This document shows positions 52,187-64,000 of a stretch of DNA of 64,000 nt, piece after piece; position 1 is the stretch's first letter, and each line of letters begins with the position of its first letter. The notes beneath the pieces are model-generated. The model was given only the letters and a program-made list of their open reading frames with translations, did not search any database and was not told the DNA's origin. The position numbers were made by a program, and so were the translations under genes. This DNA is from Octopus sinensis (lineage: Eukaryota), in assembly GCF_006345805.1 (NCBI RefSeq), contig NC_043012.1, positions 30,070,001-30,134,000 on the forward strand. The letters run 5' to 3'.

Positions 52187-52970
52187 CATACACACACACA
52201 CACACATGTTTATCTCAATGCAATACATACATTGTATGTATGTGTATATATATGTGTGTGTGTGTGTGTATTCATGTACATATATCTCAACGCAAAATAT
52301 TCATTAGTAGATTGTTCAGAAATGTATTATTTTTAGTTTCCATCCCAATGCTGTGGCCATGCTCAGACTCTTGAAAGTGAATTTGGTTTGTTATTCAACA
52401 AAGGAACAAATGGTTTGTATATTTGAAGGAATGCATTTACAGATTTTCTTTTATCAAAAAAAACATGGCTTTATTTCTTTTACAATGAAGGAAGAGGGGA
52501 AAACATGGGGAAAACATATACACACACTTTTATGTATGTGGTTGTATACTCTTTTACTGGTTCCATCCAGCCAGCCATTATTTTCATGTTATGCATTGAG
52601 AGCAGAATTGATTATAATATCCGTTTGTTATTATTACATCCTTACCACCTTTCAAAGCGTGTTTGAAAGCGAGAGGGAGAGTGTGGGCACCTTTGACAAA
52701 TAGGAATTTGTATAGAGGTGGTATGGCCTACTAGGTAAAGAGTTCCACTACAAACTCTTTGGTCACGAGATCTGTCTCTTCAGGTGTTTACCTCTGGATT
52801 GAGCCATTTGATTTCCTCATTCATCATAGGTGTGGCTGGGAAATTTGCTTCCCAACCACATGGTTCTGTGTTTAATCTTATTGCATGGCACCTTGGGCAA
52901 GTTCTTCTATAACCTCAGGCCGACCAAAGCCTTACGTGTGGCAGATGGAAACTGAAAGTTCTCTCTCTCT

Positions 52971-53050
<80 letters not shown>

Positions 53051-53844
53051 TATATATACATACACACACACACACACACATGTTTATCTCAATGCAATAC
53101 ATACATTGTATGTATGTGTATATATATGTGTGTGTGTGTGTGTATTCATGTACATATATCTCAACGCAAAATATTCATTAGTAGATTGTTCAGAAATGTA
53201 TTATTTTTAGTTTCCATCCCAATGCTGTGGCCATGCTCAGACTCTTGAAAGTGAATTTGGTTTGTTATTCAACAAAGGAACAAATGGTTTGTATATTTGA
53301 AGGAATGCATTTACAGATTTTCTTTTATCAAAAAAAACATGGCTTTATTTCTTTTACAATGAAGGAAGAGGGGAAAACATGGGGAAAACATATACACACA
53401 CTTTTATGTATGTGGTTGTATACTCTTTTACTGGTTCCATCCAGCCAGCCATTATTTTCATGTTATGCATTGAGAGCAGAATTGATTATAATATCCGTTT
53501 GTTATTATTACATCCTTACCACCTTTCAAAGCGTGTTTGAAAGCGAGAGGGAGAGTGTGGGCACCTTTGACAAATAGGAATTTGTATAGAGGTGGTATGG
53601 CCTACTAGGTAAAGAGTTCCACTACAAACTCTTTGGTCACGAGATCTGTCTCTTCAGGTGTTTACCTCTGGATTGAGCCATTTGATTTCCTCATTCATCA
53701 TAGGTGTGGCTGGGAAATTTGCTTCCCAACCACATGGTTCTGTGTTTAATCTTATTGCATGGCACCTTGGGCAAGTTCTTCTATAACCTCAGGCCGACCA
53801 AAGCCTTACGTGTGGCAGATGGAAACTGAAAGTTCTCTCTCTCT

Positions 53845-53924
<80 letters not shown>

Positions 53925-53930
53925 TATATA
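52187..53930. repeat. Near-perfect tandem duplication, 874-bp unit x2
   Basis: Identical ORFs in the track are offset by 874 (52353/53227 and 52885/53759). Breakpoints lie in (TA)n. Confidence 0.95.
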
Positions 53931-56900
53931 GTATTCTTTACAGTGACTTTGACTTATTGGTTTGCTTAGCCTTCACCAAACTGCGAATAATAAATATGTA
54001 CTTTTACAAAAAGTATTGGGTAATCTGTCAGTTGAATGTAAAAATTCTTTTTATTATAACTTGATATAAAGACAAACATTATAAGTTTGTCCCCTTGGCT
54101 TGGCATTGTGTGATTGTTGTAAATAAATGTCATATGATATTTCCAATATTTTGTGAAGAACATGTCTGGCCATGGGGAAATATCTTGCTTAGAAATAGGT
54201 AAGGGTTGGTGACAGGAAAGGCCATATAGAATATGCTGTGGTCAGCTCCATCTGACCCATGCAAGCTTGGAAAAGTGGACATTCAACTGTTGTTGTTGAT
54301 GATAATTGTGATCAGTTAAACTAACTGATGGAAAGTTGCTACCAAATCAGTGAATGTTGGTACTCTGTTCACTTGGAGATACATTTCTTATCTGTTGAAT
54401 GCAATGACACCAGAGCTAAACACTTCATCACTGTATGGCTTTTGATGACACCAATGCAGTGCATGAAAATAATGGTACTGGCTGTATATCTAAAACAGTT
54501 AAATTTGGTCAGTTCTATCACAGGTGAAGGAAAATATGTTGTTAATCCTGTTGGTTGGGGTGGGGTGTTAAGGTACTGAACTATTTATTAATGGGAATCT
54601 TGAGACACAAATTTAGATTCAAGTTATGGTACAGGACTCCACAACAAGGCAGATAATAAATAGGTTCCATTCTTACTTTGTTCAGGGATTCAATACTTAA
54701 GATAACAATGGACATGTCTTTTATATTTGTTGTAAATATTTGTATTGCCAGTATCACTGATCTTGCAAAATGATTGTTTCCAAATGTCGTATTCCATTAG
54801 CAAATGTCAATAGATAAAATATAAAAAAAGAAAGAAAACAAATGGTCGATGGGGATTCTTCCTCAAGCAAGCAAATTGACATCAAAATTATTATTGTATA
54901 GCTAATACCATCTCCGTAATTGGACAGAAACCACACATGACAAGAGCAGAAACATCAAAGGGAGACAAATGCTTCTAGTTTTGTTTACATGTGATATGGT
55001 AATTGGTTATGGACAGTGAATACTGCAACAATAAAGGATAATCATGGTTAAGAATAAATAAAAGGTGTGCTGTGAGTAATAATTAAAATTGTCTTTTAGT
55101 TTCAAGGTCAACCATTTTGAGAAGAGGGGCAAGTCGATTACATTACCCTAAGTAGTTGATGGGTACTTCATTTTATTGACGTTGAAAAGACGAAAGGGCA
55201 GAGTTAATCTTGGTGGGATTTGAATTCAAAACTTTAAAATTCAGAAGAAATGCCACGAAGTATTTTGTCTGACATAACTAACAATTCTGCCAGGTTGCCA
55301 CCTTAATGATAATAATTATGTCTAATATAGGCACTAAAGCTTGAACTTTAAGGAAAGGCTTTGTGTTGATCTCATCAACCCTGGTACTTGACTAGCACTT
55401 TATCAACCATAACCTGCAAGTATCAGGTAATACATTGTCATATCATCATTTAATGTCCTTTTTTGATGCTGACACAGGTTGGACAATTTGGCATGAACTG
55501 ACGAACCACTGGTCTGAGATGAGCTTTAGTGTCTGCTTTGGTGTGTTTTTTTCTAATGCTAACCACTTGACAGAGTATAATGGGTGCCTTTTCATGGCCT
55601 TAGCACTGGTGAAGTCACCAAGTCCCTGCAAGACAAGCCCTTTCTATTGAGTGGGGTATAGTATTGAAAGATGTGAAAGCAGTGTAGAGAGACAAGAGCA
55701 AGTGTCTGGCTGAGGGTGAATACATGGGCTCCTCATTTGGAAAGAGAGAGAGAGAGAGAAATGTGAGGTCAAAGTACAAGGTGAATAGGAAAGAGAGAAT
55801 AAGATAGAGGAGCTGAGAATGTGGGTGGGTAAGTGCGCTAGAGTGTAACTAGTGATTAGAGATGAGAATTGAAGAGGATACAGTGAATATTCATGTTTAG
55901 TGATTGATACTTCCTCATACAACTGTCCTCAGCCATCCACATCACATGACCATACCAGAGCCCAATACAATATAATACATATATAATGATACATTTATTA
56001 TTATTATTATTTGCAACAGATAAGTTCTAAGTCTAATTAAACTGTAACTGACATTAATTACAATGGAGTACAAACAACTGATGGTAAAGAATAGTATCAA
56101 TGTGCTTCTGTTGGATATAGGACTCCCTGTCACCCTCTACATGGAGGGTCAATTGTGAATTGGTTTCTTTTGATTTTTAATTCTTCTCTCTCTTTCTCAA
56201 TCTGTCAACACCACTGATAATAATGTTAGTAATTTTTTTCAACTAAGCACAAAATTAGTTTTGCTGAAGTGAGTTTGATGTAATAATTATCATATCTTAT
56301 TTTATGGCAACCATGGCAACTAGTTACTTAACATTTTATGAAGCTAGAGGATGAAAATTCACTTAAGCTTAGAGTTGAACTTAGAACTTGAAATCTCAAA
56401 CTAGCATCAGTGAAACGTCTATTTTGGCTTTTCAGTTTTTTTGCCAACTCCACTTGAATAGATAACGATAATATCTTACTGCATTGGTACATGGCCACAC
56501 ACATTGTAGGGAAAGGCTATCATTGACACTGAAGTGACACCAGTGTGTGATTGGTGCACATTTTATAATCAGGAAGAGATGAAGTGGAATTTGTATTCAT
56601 ATGGTACTATATATATATATAGTAAATGTTTTATCTTTTTGATAAACTAAAACAATATGAATTATGAGAGAGATAAGTCAATGGTTTGTAGTACTTTTAA
56701 TACTTTTATCTTATATTTCTATATTTCGGGATTAAGGCCTCCTCTTCAGGAAAAGGAAATGGGAGATTTGGTGTTGCAAGCTAACTTTTCTGCTTTGTTG
56801 TGTGTGTATGGAGGGAGGAGTGCTTTGCATGTGTAGAATTGCATGACTATAGTAACAAATCAGCCTCATACAACTTAGTTCTGTTATTGACATGAGGTTC

Positions 56901-57892
56901 AGTGTTGCTAATGATAATGGCTTCTTTTATTCTCAAATCCCAATGTTTCATTCCGAGAGACAGAGAACTAGATATTTAGTCTGTCACCCAACCATTTCTA
57001 TCTCTTTACTGCTTTTGTAGAGATGAGGATGATGAAAATGATCAAGAGCTGTTAAAAGACATAAACAAAAAAAACTCCAGCTGCTTGTGAAGTTTGGTTG
57101 CTGTGAAAGTTCCTGCACAAGAACATGTTAGTTACTAGTCATGCAGTACACAAGATAGTGCAGAGAGACTCGATAAGTTTGGTGTTCTGAGGAGCCAGAA
57201 GCACTACTTCTGTGACCTTAGGCTTGAGAATGTAATATATATCATCATCATCATCATCACTTAACGCATGTTTTCCATGCTGGTATGGGTTAGACAATTT
57301 GATGAGCAAGTGGCAAACTGCAGGGCTGTGTTGGTTCCTCTGTGTGTGTGTGTATGAATGATCAGTATAGGTTGATTAAGGCAATGATTCAACACCCATC
57401 AAAGATGATCAAGTACTCATTCTGTCACTCTAATTATCAGGTTATTTGTAACACTAGGAAATTGGTCTGCTAATTAGTTTACCATTTCATTAGCAGGGTG
57501 TTGAAAATACTTCCTGAAACATGGCCTTACTGACTTGTGGTCATAAATTTCTGCTTTCTGATTCTTCCAGGTACAAAATAGGAGCGGAAAAAGATCTTTT
57601 ATTCTGTCTTCTAATGGGTATCATTAATTTAATTAAGGTTAACGGATGGTAGAAGTAATAGATGGGTCAAATCTTCCTTTACCTTCTCACTTCAATTACT
57701 GCTGAACTTGACTTCCATCCTTCCAAAGTTAATAAAATAACTGTACTACCAATAAACTGTGGCGAATTAAATGGACTCTACTCTTCTGTCCATTTCATAT
57801 CAAAGGAAATTGTTGTTTTTGTCTGTCTATTTTGTCTGACTTCTTCACCACTTGATTATTTTAGATTTTTTTTTAAGATAGTAGGATGTGAT

Positions 57893-58117
57893 TTAACCCT
57901 TTTATTACTGTATTTTTGTTAAAATACACTAGCTTATGTTTCAGTTAATTTTGAAAATAATGGAGAGTTTAATAAAATAACTTTACCATTATTAAAATGG
58001 TGTTTGAAACATAAATTAGCATACAATTTTACAGCAAAAGTTTTAATTTAGATAAACAGAAAGTTTGTGTTATAGAACCTGGAGCAGACTCAGGTGGGTT
58101 GGTATTAAAAGGGTTAA
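57893..58117. mobile_element. TTAA-flanked (piggyBac-type) MITE
   Basis: ttaacccttttattac ... gtattaaaagggttaa; same family as 12071-12297. Confidence 0.8.
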
Positions 58118-58639
58118 CGGAAATCTTAACGATTTCTCATGAGTCGGGTAACTGTATAGCACAATATCCCAACCTTTACTGCCTCGAGGTACCCTTGCCA
58201 AGCCTTTCAGAAATCCACAGCACCCCTATTAGAAAACCTAACAGACAGTTGTTTTTTGATTCAACATCAATATAACAAACTTTGTCCCTAGATAATAACA
58301 TCTGTGTAAGCAAACTGTGTCCCTGGAGTTGATAATAAAAGATTTTCTTTATTTCCTCAATGTTGATATAATAAACATAAAATAGATGACAATACAAAAA
58401 TGTAATAGACATCAATAAAAAATATAAGATGACAATTATGTTTATAGTTAAAATAGTATCAAAGTATATTTTTTTACTCTAAGCAATCAATCATGGTAGC
58501 ACATACGTATGTACATTTTATGGGACCCCTCGGTTGATCTCACAGCACCTCAGGGTGCCATGGAACACTGGTTGGGAATCTGTGGTGTATAGGGTCCATG
58601 TATTGTATAAGATACAGTGTGACAGATATGTTAGACTAC

Positions 58640-58917
58640 CTCCACTGGGTGTGATACTCCAGAAAAGACGATTGGATGGCCATGCATTGGATACAGGTTG
58701 ATCAGTCCACATTACTCTGTAAGGAGCACAGAGCCAGTTTACTGGTTTCTCTGGATGGGATGCCGGTCTGTTGCAGAATCACTCATTTTTACAAGCTGAG
58801 TGTATTCGAGCAACATGAAATGAAGTGCTTTGCTCCAGAACACAACGCATCACCAGGTCCAAGAATTGAAACTGCAATCTTACGATCATGAGTCCAACAC
58901 CCTAACCACTAAGCCAT
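58640..58917 (-). mobile_element. tRNA-derived SINE related to family F (different 3' part)
   Basis: actcatttttacaagctgagtg...gagcaacatgaaatgaagtgctttgctc...aattgaaactgcaatcttacgatcatgagtccaacaccctaaccactaagcc. Confidence 0.6.
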
Positions 58918-59648
58918 GTTAAGCAATAAAGATTTAAAAAAAACTGGTTAAGCAATAAAAATTCAGTACAGGAACGGAGGAGAAAGAGTTCTGCCGTGAA
59001 TTATTAAAGGAAGGTAAATCATGTGTAAATAGATAAGAGGAAGTGACTGGCAAAAAATGAAACTTAAGTGAAGGGTTAGCTTCCGCATGGTTTTAGTGCC
59101 AACAAATTGGCCTGCTGGACATAAAAGTGTAAAATGATTGTTAAAAATAAATGATCACACTGTGTAGAAAGAGTGTGAAAAGACTGTGTGACACATCAAT
59201 AAGTGACATACTAGACAGACATTAAAGCAAGGCTTGTTATACCTGGAGAACATTGCTTTAGAAAGTCTCTAGTTCTCTAACGACAGACAGCTTTTTTTCC
59301 CAGCAACATGCCAACTGTAATTAATGACTGCTGGGAACGAGCTTCTAATTACAAAAATTAATACCCATTAATACACTGCTACTACTACTACTATATAATC
59401 TAAATGAATAAAAAACCTATTCTGTCCTTTTACATTGAAGCTGTTTTTGTTTTGATAGTGGATCAACTCCCCCCACCAGCCTCACACCAGTTTCTTCTTC
59501 CTGTGTCTTTTTTTCTTCTCCTGCAGGCATTTTACATGAGCATCAGCTTTTCCATTCTTCTCAACAAAAATGCTGGTTAAAGTCATGGTCACTTCTGCCT
59601 CTGCAGGCATTTTCCATATTGGCTGGGGTGAAATGTATGCGTGTGTGG

Positions 59649-60140
59649 CTATATATATAAAACTGAGGATGTGTGTGTGTGTGTGTGTGTGTGTGTTTGA
59701 ACCCACATAAATTCTGAAGTTCACAACTGATTTTCTCTAAACTGGGAACATACATTACTTGTGTTCCAGAGATGGTTTCAGACTATTAAAATTTTTCACA
59801 TAATGAGTAATGGGGCCCCTGGGGGCAGAAAACCCCATTTCCTGAGTAAACAATATGAATGATTGCATAACTTGATTACTTTATTGGTTCAAGGGACATC
59901 ACTTTTGATAGCATACATAAGTTAATTTATCTACCTCTCTATTATATCAAATTATTTTATATATATAAAATTGAAGATGTGTGTGTGCGCATGTAAAAAC
60001 CTGCAGAACTTCTGAAGTTTGCAACTGATTTACTATAAACTGAGAATATACATTACATATGTTCCAGAGATGGTTTTAGACTCTTATAATTTTTCACATA
60101 ATGAGTAATGGGGGTAGAAAATCTCCTTTCCTGGGGTACG
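59649..60140 (+). repeat. Two tandem diverged copies of a ~190-bp repeat with Helitron-like 5' ends
   Basis: tatatatataaaa(c/t)tga(g/a)gatgtgtgtg...ttctgaagtt...gttccagagatggttt...ttttcacataatgagtaatgggg at 59649 and 59959. Confidence 0.5.
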
Positions 60141-60513
60141 TACGACTGCCCATATAGTTCATGTATTGCTTCTGTTCAAACTGGAAAAAACACTTACTGA
60201 AGTTATATAAGTAGGTTGTATTAAATAGATGAACCAATGTAGACTTCAGACTGCATTGTCTAAGTGGTTGCAATAATAGCCTGTCCCTGTAGCACCACAG
60301 GTAGCAATTAACCGTTTGGAATGCACTATGTTTATTATGAAAAATATGCTAAAGTATGTTAAGTCCTGAGCAACTGTTCAGCTATTTTTTTAGCTTCAGT
60401 ATCAAAGTCTCCCTTCTAAGCATAGACAAAGCCCATACAAATATTCTTCAGCTTTTGATTACAATCTGAAATATCGCATTGTACATTAACCTACTAATTT
60501 GTCTAGGACCCAA

Positions 60514-60820
60514 CCATGTTAGTTAGACATCATGTCCTTAATGTGAACTTGCGTGCTTGGATGCTGCATCCAGAATTGTTTTTGCTTGGGAGCTGAGTTA
60601 TCTTCCCAATGGCTGCACACTGTTTATGTGGAGGAGTGTGCATTTGAGCCACAACTATTGATTCCCAGCCATGTTTGTTAGAGACCGTGTCCTTAATGTG
60701 ACCTTGTGTACCCCAACGCTGCACACACAGTTGTTTCCATTTGGGAACTGAGTTGTCTTCACAATGGTCCCACGTTGTTTACGCAAAGGAATGCATGGTT
60801 AAGCCACAACTATTGATTCC
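60514..60820. repeat. Old tandem duplication, 155-bp unit x2
   Basis: ccatgtt...gtccttaatgtga.cttg...gctgca...ggga.ctgagtt.tctt...agccacaactattgattcc at 60514 and 60669. Confidence 0.8.
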
Positions 60821-62041
60821 AAACTGAAATATCACATGACAGTGTTGTTTTCCTCGCCAATCCCCACCCCTTTACCACATCAATTTCTTTCATGTGGTTC
60901 TTTTGAGCACACCCACAGGCTTAATATATCATATACATGTAGTTCCCATGTCTGCTGATTGTTTAGCGTGGTAGCAGCAGCGATGACTGCTGCAAAGGGG
61001 AGTATATCCACTGAGAGCTTTTTGGTGTGTTCAAAAATCACATACCCCACCCACTTTTCCATGACAAGGTTAGGTTTTGAAATCTTCCAAACAGATGCTT
61101 GATATGTCACTTAGTTGAATTAGCCCTTCATTTTTTACTCTACAAATGTCTTGTCGTCAATGCTGCACTTCCCTGTATCACGTGTTGCAACTTAACTGTA
61201 CCATATATACAGTCCATGCCATTTAAATCTCTGGGTATCTCTGCTATTTTATCTATAAATATTCTTAAAATTATTACTGTATTTGGTGGAATAAAAGGCA
61301 CACAGGTATATTAGTCACACCCCAATTTTAGCAGTGCCTATTCAGGAAAGAAAAAGCTTTTAGCGCAGAAGGTCCAACTTCACATATGACCTGGGCTTAT
61401 TTTTTTTTGAAAAAGTACATCTTATGCTATCAAATAGGGTAAGTATTATGGTGTGTTTAGCTATAACTTCATATTTTGTTTGGTTCAGTATCTCACAGGT
61501 AACTGTGTTTGTACTCTAGAGTTTCATCAGAGGACACAATCATAAATTAAAGTATTATTGCCAGGAGGAATATGGCTGGAAGAGAATTCAAAGACGATTT
61601 TTATGATGTGACAATGCTGGGAAATATTGTTTGTTTGTGCTTTTAGCTTTATTTTAGTTTTGTTTAAATATTGTCATGAGAGTTGAGTAGGTGGGGTGGA
61701 AATACTTAGAAAAACTGTCTCTTTCTGTGTGTGTGTCTCTCTCTCTTCTCACTTTCTCTTACTTCCTTTGTCTCTCCCCCCCCCCTCTCAAAAATGTGTC
61801 ATGGAAATCCAAAGCAAAAATCTTTCTTAAATCATTGTTTTAATGCCCATTTTCCATTCATGCATGGATCAGACAGAATTTGTTGAAGCATATTTTCTGT
61901 GGCTGGATGCCTTTCCTGTTGCCAAGCCTCATTTTAAAAGCAAAGTGATATGGGTGAACATATTTTCAAAGAAGACTAGAAACAAACTACACTGTATGAT
62001 GGTGATGCTTGTTTACAACTATCATATGATATCAAAATAAG

Positions 62042-62081
<40 letters not shown>

Positions 62082-63322
62082 GTGAATTTCTTTCAATTCC
62101 TGTCTCCCAACTATATTCGCCAGGCTTTAGTTGGCATGGGGCTATAGTGGAAGATAGTCAGCCATGGTGCTATGCAGTGGGACTGAACCTGAAACCACAT
62201 GGTTTGGCAGCAAAATTTTTAGCCACACTTCCACGTCTGCACCCATTGGTGTGTATAAATAGTCTGAAGGTTAGATTCTAAAAGAATCTGTGTGAAACAC
62301 TTTGTAATTTCATCTTCCTCCTCTTCACTCATTCAGCACTAAAATTACAAATTGCTTTTTCTTTCTTTATTTTTGTCTTTAATTTTGTCTATTCCTATTC
62401 ACATTTTTTTCCTTCTTTGTTTTGCTTTTTCTTTCTTCCTTCTATCCTCACTCCTTCTCTTATTCATATACTCTTTCTTTTACTCACCCCTCTCTCCCCT
62501 CGTCTTACTCCTTTCTTTTTTCTGTAGTTTCTGTGTATATATTTGCTGCCCTACCCACATCCAGTTTCTGCTGAGTGTTTATGTGTAACACTCAACAATT
62601 GAACCTACCATCCACCCACCCCTGCATACCTACATCCTACTTTAAGCTACATAAATTACACTGCCACCTTCCTCCTATGTTTTTCGTTAACAAAACTGTA
62701 TTGATTGATTGGTTACAGATAACGAGCCATTTCCTGTTCTCTTCTAAGCTACATTCCACCTATGTTCCTCATCAGGTCCCATTCTTCACTCCATTTAACC
62801 TTTGTAATAACTGAAATGAACAGTACCCAAGATCATGTAAGACCAGTTTAAGCAAAGGTTTTATTACTATGGCTTCACTTGATATTGTAAATGAACTAAA
62901 ATATAGAACTAAAATATGCATCCTACACAAGTTGGTGTATAATCTTCATCATGTGTCATGCTTACAGGCACTGGCAATCATGGATCCTTAACCTTCTCCT
63001 CTGCGACACTTAGTACATCATTGGGTCTGATAATATTGGATCATTCTTGTAACCAGCTGGTAAGGCCATCGAGTATCTTCTCTCTCTTTCTCTCTCGCCA
63101 GCTAGTTCTTACTTTCACTTTTCCCAGCATGTATTACTGATAGAGAAATATGGTGGAGTGGCTGTGAAATTAAAAGCAACAGTTGGGATTTTCGTAGATT
63201 AGGAAGATTTGAAAAGAAAGAATTTCTTTTTGTGTGCATCTGTGTCTTGGGTTGGAGTTTAGTGTAGGTTTCCATTTGTAAAAGTGAATGGATTTATGAA
63301 AGATGCTAAATGTTGTCAATAT

Positions 63323-63728
63323 AGGAACAGGAGTGGCTGTGTGGTAAGTAGCTTGCTTACCAAGCACATGGTCCTGGGCTCAGTCCTACTGTGTGTCATC
63401 TTGGGCAAGTGTCTTCTACTATAGCCTTGGGCTGACCAAAGCCTTGTGAGTGGATTTGGTAGACGGAAACTGAAAGAAGCCCGTCGTATATATATATATA
63501 TATATATATAATTAAGTGTGTGTGTGTGTACATATGTTTGTGTGTCTGTGTTTGTCCCCCAGCCATCACTTGACAACCGATGTTGGTGTATTTACGTCCC
63601 CCATAACTTAGTGGTTCAGCAAAAAGAGAGTGATAGAATAAGTACTACGCTTCTGTAGAAATAAGTCTTGGGGTTGATTTGTTTGGCTAAAGGTGGTGCT
63701 TCAGCATAGCCGCAGTCAAATGACTAAA
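63323..63728 (+). mobile_element. SINE family A, full-length reference copy (about 20 further copies/fragments in the window)
   Basis: aggagtggctgtgtggtaag (A-box-like), gggctcagtcc (B-box-like), tcttgggcaagtgtctt (resembles the start of the CORE-SINE domain), then a (TA)/(TG) array, then tail 1. Confidence 0.8.
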
Positions 63729-64000
63729 ATATATATATATATATATATATATACTGTAAACTACGAACACAAAAGATGATGCATCACAGATAAGCATTCC
63801 TTTAAATTCAACCCGTTTAACTACCATGTATTTCTGCGCGATTGATTAACCTTTATTAGTTTATCTCTCTTCTGTTTTACTCAGGTTAAATATATAACTC
63901 TATAGTTCCTTCTTACTTATCGATGTCTAAGATAAATTTAACTCGTGTATTTCCCCTAAATTTGCAACATATTCCCTCACTCATGAAAGTCCATCACACA

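Noticed and set aside
52353-53577. Duplicated 116-aa gene
   Set aside because: The ORF is repeated only because of the 874-bp duplication; it has no domain or splice support.

Overview
AT-rich, microsatellite-laden eukaryotic genomic DNA, most likely from an octopus (inferred from the SINE families present, not from a database search). The only well-supported host coding sequence is exon 1 of a CDC34/UBE2R2 E2 ubiquitin-conjugating enzyme (15608-15784, +). It sits in a CpG-retaining island with a very G-poor, pyrimidine-rich upstream region. No exon 2 was found, so the rest of the window (about 48 kb, including a 100-N gap) is probably intron 1. Nearly everything else is transposon-derived: a DD34D mariner nested in a SINE and itself split by a TA-flanked composite insert, a decayed DD37D (maT-like) element, RTE-type LINE 3' fragments, several tRNA-derived SINE families, TTAA- and hAT-type MITEs, and tandem duplications. 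The most interesting signal is two long fold-back inverted repeats in the intron (17970-18170 and 30410-31213). Each arm carries a type I hammerhead-ribozyme fold with a very short, palindromic helix III, as known from Penelope-like element pseudo-LTRs. Repeat family letters (A, B, C, E, F, G) are my own working labels. Most repeat boundaries were placed by eye and are approximate.
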